From Thermoplasmataceae archaeon (GTDB taxonomy: Archaea; Thermoplasmatota; Thermoplasmata; Thermoplasmatales; Thermoplasmataceae): a stretch of 64,000 nt of DNA. Positions 28,473 through 38,393 of the stretch are shown here, one piece after another. The position numbers and the translations under genes are program-made. The notes beneath the pieces were generated by a model that had not been told where the DNA came from, searched no databases, and saw only the letters and a program-made list of their open reading frames with translations. The stretch lies in NCBI GenBank assembly GCA_038729425.1, contig JAVYSB010000001.1, forward strand, positions 143,927-207,926, read 5' to 3'. Position 1 is the first letter of the stretch. The number at the start of each line of letters is the position of its first letter.

Positions 28473-30041
28473 ATGATTTCGGGGCTGGAAATAGCTGTAA
28501 TTCTCATATTTGCATGGATTGTCATTTTAATTTCCCTCCGGGAAAGAATATTGAAAACAAAACACTTTTCATTGCTCGGTCCTGCCCTGATGATAAAGAC
28601 TACGAAAAACCGAGGTGTCCTTGATGGGATTTCCAAGCGTTTTCCAGCCATAGTTTTCGGAAAGCTTTCAGTGATTCTTTCCCTTCTGACTCTCATATTC
28701 GCAATGTTCCTGATAGTCTATGAGACGATCTTGGTGTCGTCTGTGAGGATCACTACCGCCCCACCGCTGAGCTATTATATAGCACTTCCCGGGATAAACC
28801 CGGCAATTCCTGTAGTCTATGGAGGGATTGCTCTCTTTGTGTCCGTCGTAGTTCATGAAATCATGCACGGCGTTGTTGCGAGAAAGCAGAAGATGAAGGT
28901 GAATTCCGTCGGTGCATTGTTCTTTGTTGCTCCCCTGGGAGCATTTGTGGAACCGGATGAGCAGGAAATGAGCAATGCCGATCCGGTTGTGAGGAGACGC
29001 ATCGTTGCCGCTGGACCTGGTGTAAACATTGTAATAGCTTTAATCACCATATTCCTTCTGCTTTTTGTCATGATGCCAAGCGTACATCCCGTAAGCAGTG
29101 GCATGTATGTCGAGCAGGTTTCCCCTATGCCATTGGTGAACAACACAAACATATTACCAGGGAGCCTCATCACCTCTTTTGGGAATTATTCAGGTGATTC
29201 TGTTAACAGCCTTTCCACCGCTTCCACGCTTAGACCCGGGACCACGTATAACGCTACCTATGTCTATGAGGGTAAGACTGTGGACACAAAACTAGTAGCC
29301 GGCGTCAATATAGTCAGTACGATTCAGGGATTTCCGGCCAACAATTTCAGCAGCGAGCTTTCTGGATCTGTGATCATATCAGTGAACAACGGAATTGTGA
29401 CAAATGAGAACGAACTGACCGGAATACTCGATAACATCACACCCGGAAGTACGCTTTCACTGACCGTGCTTTATCACAATGAAACTACTCAAAGCAATCA
29501 GCAGAAGACATTCAGCATTACCACCGTATCCAAGTATTCGTATTATCAGCAGTTTGATCCTTCTGCTAACAATGTCGCTTACAGGACCCAGAGTTTTATT
29601 GGCGTAGAATCTAGCTACCTCGGGCTTGAAGGAGTTCCAGTTAACTCAGTCATATCAGAAGTTTTTGGCGGAACAATGCTGACCGGAGGATTCGAAGGGG
29701 TCATTTATGCAATAGCTCTTCCATTCCTTGGGCTATCACCTGTTCCCGCGTACCTGCAGTCCCTTACGGTTACGCCGTTTATGCCTGCCGTGTTCTGGGG
29801 CGTAGTGAACTTACTTTACTGGTTCTTTTGGATCAACTTTCTTCTGGGACTATCCAATATTCTTCCGATATCAGTCTTTGATGGCAGCCAGTTTCTCAGA
29901 GATACCTTATATATCTGGGGAAGGCGAAAAAGGCTTAGCTTTTTGAAAAACGAGAAAACCGTAAGGATGATAATAAACACTATTGGCCTGATTATCGTAA
30001 TGATACTGATCTATGAGATCGTTTTGCCCTATATAGCATGA
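28473..30041 (+). CDS. Site-2 protease (M50) family membrane metalloprotease with an extracytoplasmic insert
   Basis: HEIMHGVVARK (HExxH) and LSNILPISVFDGSQF (NxxPxxxxDG) motifs flank a ~250-aa PDZ-like or extracellular segment. Length is 522 aa. Confidence 0.8.
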   Translation: MISGLEIAVILIFAWIVILISLRERILKTKHFSLLGPALMIKTTKNRGVLDGISKRFPAIVFGKLSVILSLLTLIFAMFLIVYETILVSSVRITTAPPLSYYIALPGINPAIPVVYGGIALFVSVVVHEIMHGVVARKQKMKVNSVGALFFVAPLGAFVEPDEQEMSNADPVVRRRIVAAGPGVNIVIALITIFLLLFVMMPSVHPVSSGMYVEQVSPMPLVNNTNILPGSLITSFGNYSGDSVNSLSTASTLRPGTTYNATYVYEGKTVDTKLVAGVNIVSTIQGFPANNFSSELSGSVIISVNNGIVTNENELTGILDNITPGSTLSLTVLYHNETTQSNQQKTFSITTVSKYSYYQQFDPSANNVAYRTQSFIGVESSYLGLEGVPVNSVISEVFGGTMLTGGFEGVIYAIALPFLGLSPVPAYLQSLTVTPFMPAVFWGVVNLLYWFFWINFLLGLSNILPISVFDGSQFLRDTLYIWGRRKRLSFLKNEKTVRMIINTIGLIIVMILIYEIVLPYIA

Positions 30042-30195
30042 TGAGAACCCACGATCTCTCATCCACCAGAAGCGTAAAGAAAATTTGTGCCCATATGACG
30101 GAAGATAAATAATCGAGAGGAAAAAGTCCATATATGGTTTCATAATTGTCTGCCGCTACAGTTATTGTGGATATATTTGATACAGGTCGAACAAA

Positions 30196-30345
30196 ATGGC
30201 GTTTCCTGAAGCTGTTGAAAGAAGACTCAACAAAAAGATTTGCATGAGATGCAATGCCAGAAATTCTCCCAGAGCAGAGAGATGCAGAAAGTGCGGGTAT
30301 ACCGGGCTTAGAATGAAAGCGAAGGAGAGGAGAGGTGGACAGTAA
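30196..30345 (+). CDS. rpl40e: 50S ribosomal protein L40e (eL40)
   Basis: My manual translation gives [49 protein letters not shown] (49 aa). This is the classic eL40 zinc ribbon. It falls below the ORF-track size cut-off. Confidence 0.85.
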   Translation: MAFPEAVERRLNKKICMRCNARNSPRAERCRKCGYTGLRMKAKERRGGQ

Positions 30346-31147
30346 GTCCGTATCCTCCAGCAGTGACTTACCCAGAATTGCGATCATTCGCATGGAGGGC
30401 ACCAATAATGAAGATGAAGCATACTACTCTTTCAAAAGAAGCGGTTCCCTGCCTAATTTTATCCATATAAATGAGATCAGCCGTGGCTTGGTTGACCTAG
30501 ATGATTATTCGTCCATATTCATTCCGGGTGGCTTCTCTGCAGGTGATTATGTTAGAGCGGGAGCAATTTTCGCTGCTAGGCTTAGATATTCTGTCATGGA
30601 CAAACTTTTAAAATTTATTGATACAGGAAAGCCGGTAATTGGGGTATGCAACGGGTTTCAGGTTCTCGCTGAGCTGGGTCTTATTCCTGATGTCGATGGT
30701 AAGAAGGGGCGGGTAGTAACTCTTGCGCCCAACGAATCTTTCCGATACGAATGCAGGTACGTTTATTTCAAAATGGCTTCGAAGAACAAAATTTTCAGTA
30801 AAAGATTCAAGATTGGGGAACCGAGGCAAGTACCTGTTGGTCACGCTGAAGGAAGAATAAGAGCCGTAAACAAGAATTTGCTTGAAAGAATTTCAGATAA
30901 TAACCAGATCCTTTTTAAATATTCAAATCCAGAGGGGGATGGGTGCGGATACCCCTGGAACCCGAACGGATCGGATCTGGATACAGCAGCCATTACTAAC
31001 CCAGAGGGAAATGTTGTGGGTCTGATGCCGCATCCAGAAAGAGTCTATTATCCTTTTCAGATGATGGGCAAAGAAATGACCGGCGAAAGGGGTACGGGCA
31101 AAGATTTCTTTGATTCCATAGTGGAATACACGAGAAAAAACAGGTAA
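30335..31147 (+). CDS. purQ: Phosphoribosylformylglycinamidine synthase subunit I (glutamine amidotransferase)
   Basis: [27 protein letters not shown] (catalytic Cys) and LMPHPER. The GTG start at 30335 overlaps the L40e 3' end by 11 nt. Confidence 0.85.
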   Translation: MDSKSVSSSSDLPRIAIIRMEGTNNEDEAYYSFKRSGSLPNFIHINEISRGLVDLDDYSSIFIPGGFSAGDYVRAGAIFAARLRYSVMDKLLKFIDTGKPVIGVCNGFQVLAELGLIPDVDGKKGRVVTLAPNESFRYECRYVYFKMASKNKIFSKRFKIGEPRQVPVGHAEGRIRAVNKNLLERISDNNQILFKYSNPEGDGCGYPWNPNGSDLDTAAITNPEGNVVGLMPHPERVYYPFQMMGKEMTGERGTGKDFFDSIVEYTRKNR

Positions 31148-31152
31148 TTTCG

Positions 31153-31686
31153 TTACTTCAGTGCATGTGTGCTGAGAAACTCAGTTGTTCTTTCTTTGAA
31201 AACCTCGAGGGTAGAGTCATTTACTATCATGTAATCTGCAAGGGCTATTACGTTGCCTATGCCCCAGGATAGTTCCCTGTTGTCCCTCTCCAGGAGTCCC
31301 TGTTCGGACTTTATGTCGTCTGGGCGGTTCCTGCGCATGATTCTATCGAGTCTGTCCCTCCTGTTCGCGAAAATGGCAACCACGGATAACGTTTCATATT
31401 TCTTCTGGAAATATTCCAACTCCTCGTAATTCCTCACGCCATCAATCACGATATTCTCTCTTCCCTCTATATAAAGGCAGGTTCTCTGAGCCCAGATATG
31501 CTTCCCGTGCTTCTCTCTCTCCTGAGTGGCGAACGCTCCTACCTCATGATCACTTAGCTCTATGCCATTTTCGACAGCATATTTTCTGACAGTATTCCCC
31601 ATGTGAACGTCTGTGAAACCGAAATTATTGGCAACATTTATAAATTCGTCCTTGCCTGCCCCCGGCATTCCCGTAACCAACATCAT
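31153..31686 (-). CDS. UPF0200-type P-loop nucleotide kinase-like protein
   Basis: MMLVTGMPGAGKDEF (Walker A) and the ~177-aa length resemble the archaeal UPF0200 / dephospho-CoA-kinase-like family. Confidence 0.55.
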   Translation of the reverse strand: MMLVTGMPGAGKDEFINVANNFGFTDVHMGNTVRKYAVENGIELSDHEVGAFATQEREKHGKHIWAQRTCLYIEGRENIVIDGVRNYEELEYFQKKYETLSVVAIFANRRDRLDRIMRRNRPDDIKSEQGLLERDNRELSWGIGNVIALADYMIVNDSTLEVFKERTTEFLSTHALK

Positions 31687-31690
31687 TTAC

Positions 31691-31981
31691 TTACCGCCCA
31701 AACATGAAGCCCATCCCGCTTTCGGCCTCGTCCTCTTCTTCCTTTACCTTCTCATATATTTTTTGGCCATTCTTCACTTCCTTGAGATCGTCCAGTTTAA
31801 GTTCGGCTATCCTAGAGAATATCGCCTCAGTTCCCTCAAGAATCACGTATAGGGAATCGGACTCCCCGCCATAGTTATCAGCGTTTCTGTATATGATTGT
31901 CTGTCTTCCTATTATATCGTCAGAGAGAAGGATGTCAAGAGTCTTCCGCGCTTCTTTCTTTAAAGAGTATACCTTATACAT
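31691..31981 (-). CDS. Small hypothetical protein with a ribosomal-stalk-like acidic C-terminal tail
   Basis: 96-aa ORF ending ...KVKEEEDEAESGMGFMFGR*. Only 4 nt separate its stop from the ATG of the kinase-like gene. Confidence 0.55.
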   Translation of the reverse strand: MYKVYSLKKEARKTLDILLSDDIIGRQTIIYRNADNYGGESDSLYVILEGTEAIFSRIAELKLDDLKEVKNGQKIYEKVKEEEDEAESGMGFMFGR

Positions 31982-32148
31982 GTTTACCGGTGATTCGTAT
32001 GGCTAATTAAAATGTTGCAGTTACGCATTCACGGGGGCACTCATGTATTTATAATGATTGTTATAATATTTTTATTTTACGTATAATCAGTATTATTCAG
32101 CGTTAATGCAAACAAAGGTATTAGAACGAGATTGGAATTCCTGTGGCA

Positions 32149-34047
32149 ATGTCGAACATAGACCTTAACCTCTCAGTAGGAGGTCCACAGGGTGGAGGTA
32201 TTGACACTTCTTCAAACATGATCAGCAGAGCCTTTGCATCTTCGGGATATAATGTACTAGGTGTAAGAGAATTTCACTCAAACATCAAGGGTAGACACAG
32301 TTACGTTCATTTAAGAATTAAGCAAGAAAGACCAAGATCGCTGAAGTACCCACTGGACTTCCTTGTAGCGCTAGACCCTGACACAATTTTTGAGCATCTT
32401 GACGACGTATCCACTGGCTCAACAGTGATATACGACAAGAATGATGAGTCATCGGAACTTTCGCAGGCAAGAATGATAATGAGAGATACCTTCAAGAGGA
32501 TAAACAGCACCTTGCAGGAAAACGGCTTTGAACTCAACGTCAAAGGTGCACTTGAGTTAATGAAGAAAAGGGGGGCGAGGATCGTTGGCATTCCCTTCTC
32601 AAAGGTCGTCGAGGGTGTTGAACTTGACGGACCGGCCACAAGATACGCAAACGTTCTTGGTGCTTCACTTACTCTTTCCATAATCGGACTCGACAGAAAA
32701 TTCACGAAAGGTTCCCTAAAGCATATTTTTGGCAGTAAGGAAAAAGTCATTGAACTCAATGGCAAGGTAGTTGACGCTGCGTATGACTACTGCAGTGAGA
32801 ATAAACTCTCTGGAAAGACTCTGGCTGACAAAGATGCTCCACCAAGGATGCTTCTTACAGGAAACGATGCGGCTGCTCTCGGAAAGATCATGGGCGGGCT
32901 GAGATTCCAGACCTATTATCCAATCACTCCAGCCAGTGACGAAAGCGCCATACTGGAAGAGCATGAGCATATCAAGTGGCTTTCAAGCGAGAACGAGATG
33001 CTTACCAAAGGCGGAATAACAGTAGTACAGACTGAGGACGAACTTTCAGCTATCACAATGGCAGAAGGAGCCGCGCTCACCGGCGCGAGAACCGCGACTG
33101 CTACCAGTGGCCCTGGATTCTCGCTTATGGCGGAAGCAATTTCATTCGCAGGAATAGACGAGATCCCGGTTGTCATAACACTTTACCAGAGAGGCGGACC
33201 AAGTACGGGCCTTCCCACGAGAAATGGACAGGCTGATCTGATGTTTGCCTTGAATACCGGTCACGGTGAATTCCCAAAGATGGTAATGTCTTCGGGGGAC
33301 GTCGAGGAATGCATTTATGACTCAATGAGTGCGCTTAACTATGCTCAGAGATACCAGCTTCCTGTTATTCACCTTATTGACAAGAATCTTGCCAATACCT
33401 CTGATTTTGTTCCAAAGATTGACACTAGATTAGTGAAAGTAGATCACGCACTGAAGACTGAGCACAGAGATGACTTCAAGAGATACACTCTTAACACTGA
33501 TAACGGCATCTCTCCCATGGGATATTTCGGGAAAGATATATTCTGGATGACCGGCGACGAACATGACGAACTTGGCCATGTTACTGAGGATCCCGTTATA
33601 AGAGACCAGATGATGGTAAAGAGATTCAGGAAATTGCAGCTTGCAGCTGAAGAAATTCCTGATAGCGAAAAAGTATTGGTTTATGGGAAGAAGGACGCAA
33701 AGATCACTTTCATCACCTGGGGTAGCCAGAAGGGAGTGGTGCTCGATGTTATCGAAGCCTTGAAGGCTCGGGGCATTGAAGCGAACCTGCTCTATCTCAG
33801 GATGTTCGAACCATTCCCGTCAAAGTTCGTACAGGATTTTCTTTCCAAAGCTGGGACAGTCATAGATGTTGAAAGTAATATGACGGGACAGGCAGCAAAG
33901 GTAATCAGGATGAACACCGGAATAGAGATAACTAACTTTATTTTGAAATACAATGGAAGGCACATAACAGAGGATGAACTGGTGTCTGCGACTAAGGAAA
34001 TAGTTGGAAAGAAGAATAAAACGGTGGTGTTGGAAAATGGCGCATAA
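32149..34047 (+). CDS. 2-oxoacid:ferredoxin oxidoreductase, fused alpha/gamma subunit
   Basis: 632 aa. The N-terminal gamma-like and central alpha-like regions (YPITPASDE...) fit the two-subunit OFOR known from Sulfolobus and Thermoplasma. The stop overlaps the beta start. Confidence 0.85.
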   Translation: MSNIDLNLSVGGPQGGGIDTSSNMISRAFASSGYNVLGVREFHSNIKGRHSYVHLRIKQERPRSLKYPLDFLVALDPDTIFEHLDDVSTGSTVIYDKNDESSELSQARMIMRDTFKRINSTLQENGFELNVKGALELMKKRGARIVGIPFSKVVEGVELDGPATRYANVLGASLTLSIIGLDRKFTKGSLKHIFGSKEKVIELNGKVVDAAYDYCSENKLSGKTLADKDAPPRMLLTGNDAAALGKIMGGLRFQTYYPITPASDESAILEEHEHIKWLSSENEMLTKGGITVVQTEDELSAITMAEGAALTGARTATATSGPGFSLMAEAISFAGIDEIPVVITLYQRGGPSTGLPTRNGQADLMFALNTGHGEFPKMVMSSGDVEECIYDSMSALNYAQRYQLPVIHLIDKNLANTSDFVPKIDTRLVKVDHALKTEHRDDFKRYTLNTDNGISPMGYFGKDIFWMTGDEHDELGHVTEDPVIRDQMMVKRFRKLQLAAEEIPDSEKVLVYGKKDAKITFITWGSQKGVVLDVIEALKARGIEANLLYLRMFEPFPSKFVQDFLSKAGTVIDVESNMTGQAAKVIRMNTGIEITNFILKYNGRHITEDELVSATKEIVGKKNKTVVLENGA

Positions 34048-34963
34048 TTTTAGATCGGATGTTGCAATTGACTGGTGCCCTGGTTGCGGCGACTTCGGTA
34101 TCGTCACAGGATTAACCCAGGCGCTTTCTGAACTTAACTACGGGCCAAACGATGTCGTGGCTGTCTCGGGAATTGGCTGCTCTGGAAAAACGCCACATTA
34201 CCTTAACATTGCAGGGGTTCACACGCTTCACGGAAGATCAATTCCATATGCTACCGGAGTAAAGCTTGCAAATCCAAGACTAAAGGTCATCGTTACCAGT
34301 GGTGATGGTGACATGCTCAGTATTGGTGCAGGACATTTTGTTGCCGAGGGAAGGAGAAATACTGGCCTTACGATAATCCTTTACGATAATGAGGTCTATG
34401 GTCTGACAAAGGGTCAGGCTGCTCCGACCATGGCACTAGGCGAGCGCACAAAGGGATTGTCGAAACCGAATATATACGGAAAAGTAAACCCAATAACACT
34501 GGCACTCTCTTCTGGATACTCATTCGTTGCCAGAGGGTTTTCCTTTGACACAAAGCATCTGAAGGATCTTGTGAAGAAGGCGCTGGTCCATGAGGGGTCG
34601 TCATTCATCGACGTGCTACAACCTTGCCCCACGTATAACAATATCAATACTATGGAATGGTACAAGAGCAGAGTATATAAGATAGATGACGAGAAGGGCT
34701 GGGACCCTGTTGTGCTGCCGGACACTCCGGCACAGAAGGTAAACGAAAAATTCAACAATGCTTACAGCAGAGGACTTGAATGGGAAGACAAAATACCCAT
34801 AGGAGTATTCTTTGATAACAGGGCTATTCCAAGCTTCGTAAAGAGAATAGCGGAGAATGTCCCAGATTATCTTACAAACCCTCCCTCTGATCAGATTGTA
34901 GCAGGCCCAGACGGATTCACGAATGTCGATCCTTTCAAGACATTCGCTGACAGAGTAATCTAA
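34037..34963 (+). CDS. 2-oxoacid:ferredoxin oxidoreductase, beta (TPP-binding) subunit
   Basis: MAHNFRSDVAIDWCPGCGDFGIV and SGDGDMLSIG (TPP motif). I chose the internal ATG. Confidence 0.85.
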   Translation: MAHNFRSDVAIDWCPGCGDFGIVTGLTQALSELNYGPNDVVAVSGIGCSGKTPHYLNIAGVHTLHGRSIPYATGVKLANPRLKVIVTSGDGDMLSIGAGHFVAEGRRNTGLTIILYDNEVYGLTKGQAAPTMALGERTKGLSKPNIYGKVNPITLALSSGYSFVARGFSFDTKHLKDLVKKALVHEGSSFIDVLQPCPTYNNINTMEWYKSRVYKIDDEKGWDPVVLPDTPAQKVNEKFNNAYSRGLEWEDKIPIGVFFDNRAIPSFVKRIAENVPDYLTNPPSDQIVAGPDGFTNVDPFKTFADRVI

Positions 34964-34966
34964 TAC

Positions 34967-35542
34967 CTAAAGGATCAGCAAAATGAAATAAATCCCAAAA
35001 GCCACTAGGGTAATTACGCTGAACCCAGTGGTTATTTCCCTTATTTTTTCTCCGAACCTTATCACTGAATACCTGATCAGATAAGAAAGGAACACGACCC
35101 ACGCCGTGGTTCCTACGAATAAGAATATGAATGGATATATGTTGAATTTCTCGTAGAAACCAAGACCTGCTGTAAACCACCAAATAATCTGGAATGGATT
35201 AACAATGCCTACGAGCAGTCCTGAGAGATACCCAGAGGATCGCTCCCCTGTTTCTTTCATTTTTGAACCTGAGCTTGCTATCATCATAGCCATCAGGAAA
35301 AATACCACTGATCCCGAAAGATAGATATATTTATCGTATGGCGATAGTTCTGCTCCAGACCCAAGGGCAATGACAAGAACCATGAGGACAAAGTCAGCTG
35401 ACATTGCTCCGAATCCCACTGTGACCGCTCCGAAAACAGAGCGCGAAGCCCTGTTGACTATAATTGCGGTGACTGGGCCAGGAGGGGCAGCAAGCGAAAT
35501 CCCAAGGAAAATTCCGACTAACGCTGCCGATGCCAGATCCAT
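34967..35542 (-). CDS. LysE/RhtB-family amino-acid exporter
   Basis: N-terminus LVGIFLGISLAAPPGPVTAIIV. 191 aa, about 6 TM. Confidence 0.7.
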   Translation of the reverse strand: MDLASAALVGIFLGISLAAPPGPVTAIIVNRASRSVFGAVTVGFGAMSADFVLMVLVIALGSGAELSPYDKYIYLSGSVVFFLMAMMIASSGSKMKETGERSSGYLSGLLVGIVNPFQIIWWFTAGLGFYEKFNIYPFIFLFVGTTAWVVFLSYLIRYSVIRFGEKIREITTGFSVITLVAFGIYFILLIL

Positions 35543-35624
35543 TTCAACTTCAATTCTTTGCCATATAACTAACTTCCTTTTACCCCTTTAGAAAATAATT
35601 TATTGAATGTCTTTATGACATCCT

Positions 35625-36320
35625 ATGGCAGACAAAGTCTCAGTTCGATGGCACGGACATGCCTGTTTTACCCTAGATTTCGGAAAGAAAGTTGTTGTAG
35701 ACCCGTTTATTACAGGAAATCCAGTTGCCAAGATAAAAAAGGAAGACGTTAAGGCCGACCTCGTCGTTGTAACTCATGGCCATTCTGATCATGTCGGTGA
35801 TGCTGTTTTCATCGCAAAGAAAAACAATGCTCCACTGATCACCATGGTTGAGCTTGCCTGGATACTCGAGGAAGAGAATAAAGGACTCAACGCGGTTGGC
35901 ATTAATTACAGCGGGCATTACAATGTTGACGGCGTCAGAGTTACCGCTGTCCTGGCAACACACTCTGCAGGTTACAACGGTAAATATGCGGGCGGACCAA
36001 CGGGCATGATCATTGAGGATGGGATGCGCGTTTATCATGCAGGAGACACCGGAGTCTTCAAGGATATGGAACTGATTGGAGAAATGTACAAACCGGACGT
36101 ATCCCTACTTCCCATAGGAGGGCACTACACTATGGGTCCCCACGAAGCAGCAGTCGCTGCTGGAATGTTGAAATCGCCTAACTTTGTCCCCATGCATTAC
36201 AATACATTTGACCTCATCAAGCAGAACCCCGAAGATTTTAAGAAAGAAGCAGAGAAGCACAAAAACGTCAAAGTAAGCATAATGAAGGTAGAGGAGGAAC
36301 TCGTATTTGCTAAAGCTTAA
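35625..36320 (+). CDS. UPF0173 metallo-beta-lactamase-fold hydrolase
   Basis: VRWHGHACFTLDF... and VVVTHGHSDHVGDA. Length is 231 aa. Confidence 0.8.
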   Translation: MADKVSVRWHGHACFTLDFGKKVVVDPFITGNPVAKIKKEDVKADLVVVTHGHSDHVGDAVFIAKKNNAPLITMVELAWILEEENKGLNAVGINYSGHYNVDGVRVTAVLATHSAGYNGKYAGGPTGMIIEDGMRVYHAGDTGVFKDMELIGEMYKPDVSLLPIGGHYTMGPHEAAVAAGMLKSPNFVPMHYNTFDLIKQNPEDFKKEAEKHKNVKVSIMKVEEELVFAKA

Positions 36321-36381
36321 CCATGCTGCATCCTCACTATATTTATTTCTTAAAAGTGACAAAAATGGCTTCCAGAAAGCA

Positions 36382-36936
36382 ATGGACGAAGCTGACGTAA
36401 TAGTGGATTATGTCCACGCGAAGTTGGGTGGCAAGGATTATTGGCAGGTCAGTTACGATGAACTTCAAGTGCTGTACGCCTGCGTCAGGCTTAAAAAGCC
36501 CAGGCTGGTCGTGGAGACTGGCGTCGGGCCCGGAACAACCACAACCGCCATACTCAGCGCCCTGAGAGGAACTAACGGAAAACTTATCAGTCTTGATCTA
36601 GGTGTAAAATATGGATCTGAAGAGGAAACAAAACCCGTTGGGTGGGTAATTCCTGAGAACCTCAGGAAAGACTGGAATCTGGTACTTGGAGACTCAAAGA
36701 AAAATCTCGAGAATACCCTTTCCTCAAAAGGAAGTTTGGACATATTTTTCCATGATTCTGAGCATGAGTATAATCACGTAACGTTTGAGCTTAACACCGC
36801 TCTGAAACACGCGGGAGCGAATCCGCTTTTCATAGTGGATAACTATGATTGGACAGAGGCCCCAGCGGACTTTGCTAGAAAAAACTCCTTTAAACTCATA
36901 AATGTGGCGGACGATATGTGTTTGATCTTCCCCTGA
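36382..36936 (+). CDS. Class I SAM-dependent methyltransferase (O-methyltransferase-like)
   Basis: LVVETGVGPGTTTTAIL (motif I) and DIFFHDSEH. I chose the ATG at 36382 over the upstream TTG at 36307. Confidence 0.55.
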   Translation: MDEADVIVDYVHAKLGGKDYWQVSYDELQVLYACVRLKKPRLVVETGVGPGTTTTAILSALRGTNGKLISLDLGVKYGSEEETKPVGWVIPENLRKDWNLVLGDSKKNLENTLSSKGSLDIFFHDSEHEYNHVTFELNTALKHAGANPLFIVDNYDWTEAPADFARKNSFKLINVADDMCLIFP

Positions 36937-36937
36937 A

Positions 36938-38248
36938 TCAACTGCTGTCTACAGCAGATTCCTTCATATCTTCCAGCTTCTGCATTAGTTCTTCTGGTTT
37001 TAGTTTCTGCTGATCTTTAGAATCTGTGTCAAATCTGTATTGCTTTGTGATCTTTGATCCCCTGAACGGAGAAAGATCCTCGTCTTCAAGCAGGTATTTC
37101 TTCACTGACAGGGGGTCGCCCATTACCCTTAGTATCTTTGTCCTGCCATACCTGCCCATGCTTTTCACGGAAGATGACAAGAGCCCAAAGTCCTCGAGTT
37201 CCGATGTGATATCGTTTATTCTTCGTGATGTGAGGGCCTGATAACCGAGTTCAGAACATATGCTTTTGTAGTTCTCGTAAAGCTCTCCAGTGACCATAAG
37301 TGAAGATATTTCCTGAGTAACTACTGCAGATAACAGGACTAGCTTCGACTGTAGTGGCAGGGTTATGACTGCTTCCCTCAGAACGTCCATCTCGAATTTG
37401 TCCCTCGCGGCATATACCTCTGTGTCGGTTACCTTAGGCTTACTACCTCGTATAGCCACTTCTATGGATATACGTAGGAGATCTATTGCCTTCCTGGCGT
37501 CTCCGTGCTCCTGCGCCCCAATGGCTGCACATAGATTTATTGCCGAATCATCAATTGCGTCTCCGCTGACAACGTTCTTAACACGGTATTTCAGAATATC
37601 TTTCAGCTCGGAGGCATTATATGGTGGGAAAAGGATGCTCTCCTGATTAAGTCTACTTTTAATCCTGGCATCCAGAGATTCCTGGAAGCCCGTATCATTT
37701 GTTATTCCTATGAACGATGTCCTTCCTCCGAATGTATCGTCTGCCATCTTCAGAATGGAATATAAGGAATCGCCTCCATTTTTCAGCACCAGTTTATCTA
37801 TTTCGTCCAGGACGACAATCAGGAACTTTCCGGCGGAATTTATCCTTTTCATCAGTTCGTTGTATATCCTGTCCAGGGGGAGACCGAGCTCCGGTATGCG
37901 CTCCTCATCCGAAGTTGCAAACGAATTAGCTATTTCAACAAGGATTGAATACGGAGAGTCAAAGATCTGGCAGTTAACGTATACGACTTTTGCATCCGAT
38001 CCAGCCGCTTCTCCAAGCATTCTGGACACATAATGAGTAGTCGAGGTCTTCCCACTTCCCGTCTTTCCGTATATTATAATATTGGATGGCCTGGTCCGGC
38101 GCATTATGCTTCCGAGGATGGAGACAATCTTCTCAATCTGATCCTCTCTGTGGGGGAAGTTATCAGGGATATATGACCCACCCAAGGAACCAAGATCCCC
38201 CACTAAAATCTGGCTTTTATTTGAAACATCAAGAAAAGGATTAGACAT
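36938..38248 (-). CDS. cdc6: Orc1/Cdc6 replication initiator
   Basis: Walker A is IIYGKTGSGKTST and Walker B is LIVVLDEIDKL. It has a sensor region and a C-terminal winged helix (ITSELEDFGLL). Length is 436 aa. Confidence 0.9.
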   Translation of the reverse strand: MSNPFLDVSNKSQILVGDLGSLGGSYIPDNFPHREDQIEKIVSILGSIMRRTRPSNIIIYGKTGSGKTSTTHYVSRMLGEAAGSDAKVVYVNCQIFDSPYSILVEIANSFATSDEERIPELGLPLDRIYNELMKRINSAGKFLIVVLDEIDKLVLKNGGDSLYSILKMADDTFGGRTSFIGITNDTGFQESLDARIKSRLNQESILFPPYNASELKDILKYRVKNVVSGDAIDDSAINLCAAIGAQEHGDARKAIDLLRISIEVAIRGSKPKVTDTEVYAARDKFEMDVLREAVITLPLQSKLVLLSAVVTQEISSLMVTGELYENYKSICSELGYQALTSRRINDITSELEDFGLLSSSVKSMGRYGRTKILRVMGDPLSVKKYLLEDEDLSPFRGSKITKQYRFDTDSKDQQKLKPEELMQKLEDMKESAVDSS

Positions 38249-38393
38249 GGCGCATCAGTAAAGAAAGATTAGGAGGGTTTAGTACAATAAACTTTGCTAG
38301 TAGATCTTTTATTTTTATTTAATCTTTAGATTGAACAGAAAATTAGCCCCTTTCAACAAATTCAGTGATTGAGATCAAATCTGTTTCTGAGAT

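Noticed and set aside
30039-30045. ATGATGA, a C-box-like sequence, as a possible C/D box sRNA start.
   Set aside because: It overlaps the stop region of the site-2 protease gene. I found no matching D/D' (CTGA) and C' boxes at appropriate spacing downstream.
30117-30129. gaggaaaaagtcc, which resembles the RNase P RNA CR-I motif GAGGAAAGUCC.
   Set aside because: The motif has two extra A's and is not followed by the expected GGGC. It sits in a 150-nt spacer that is too short for RNase P RNA and looks like the L40e promoter region.
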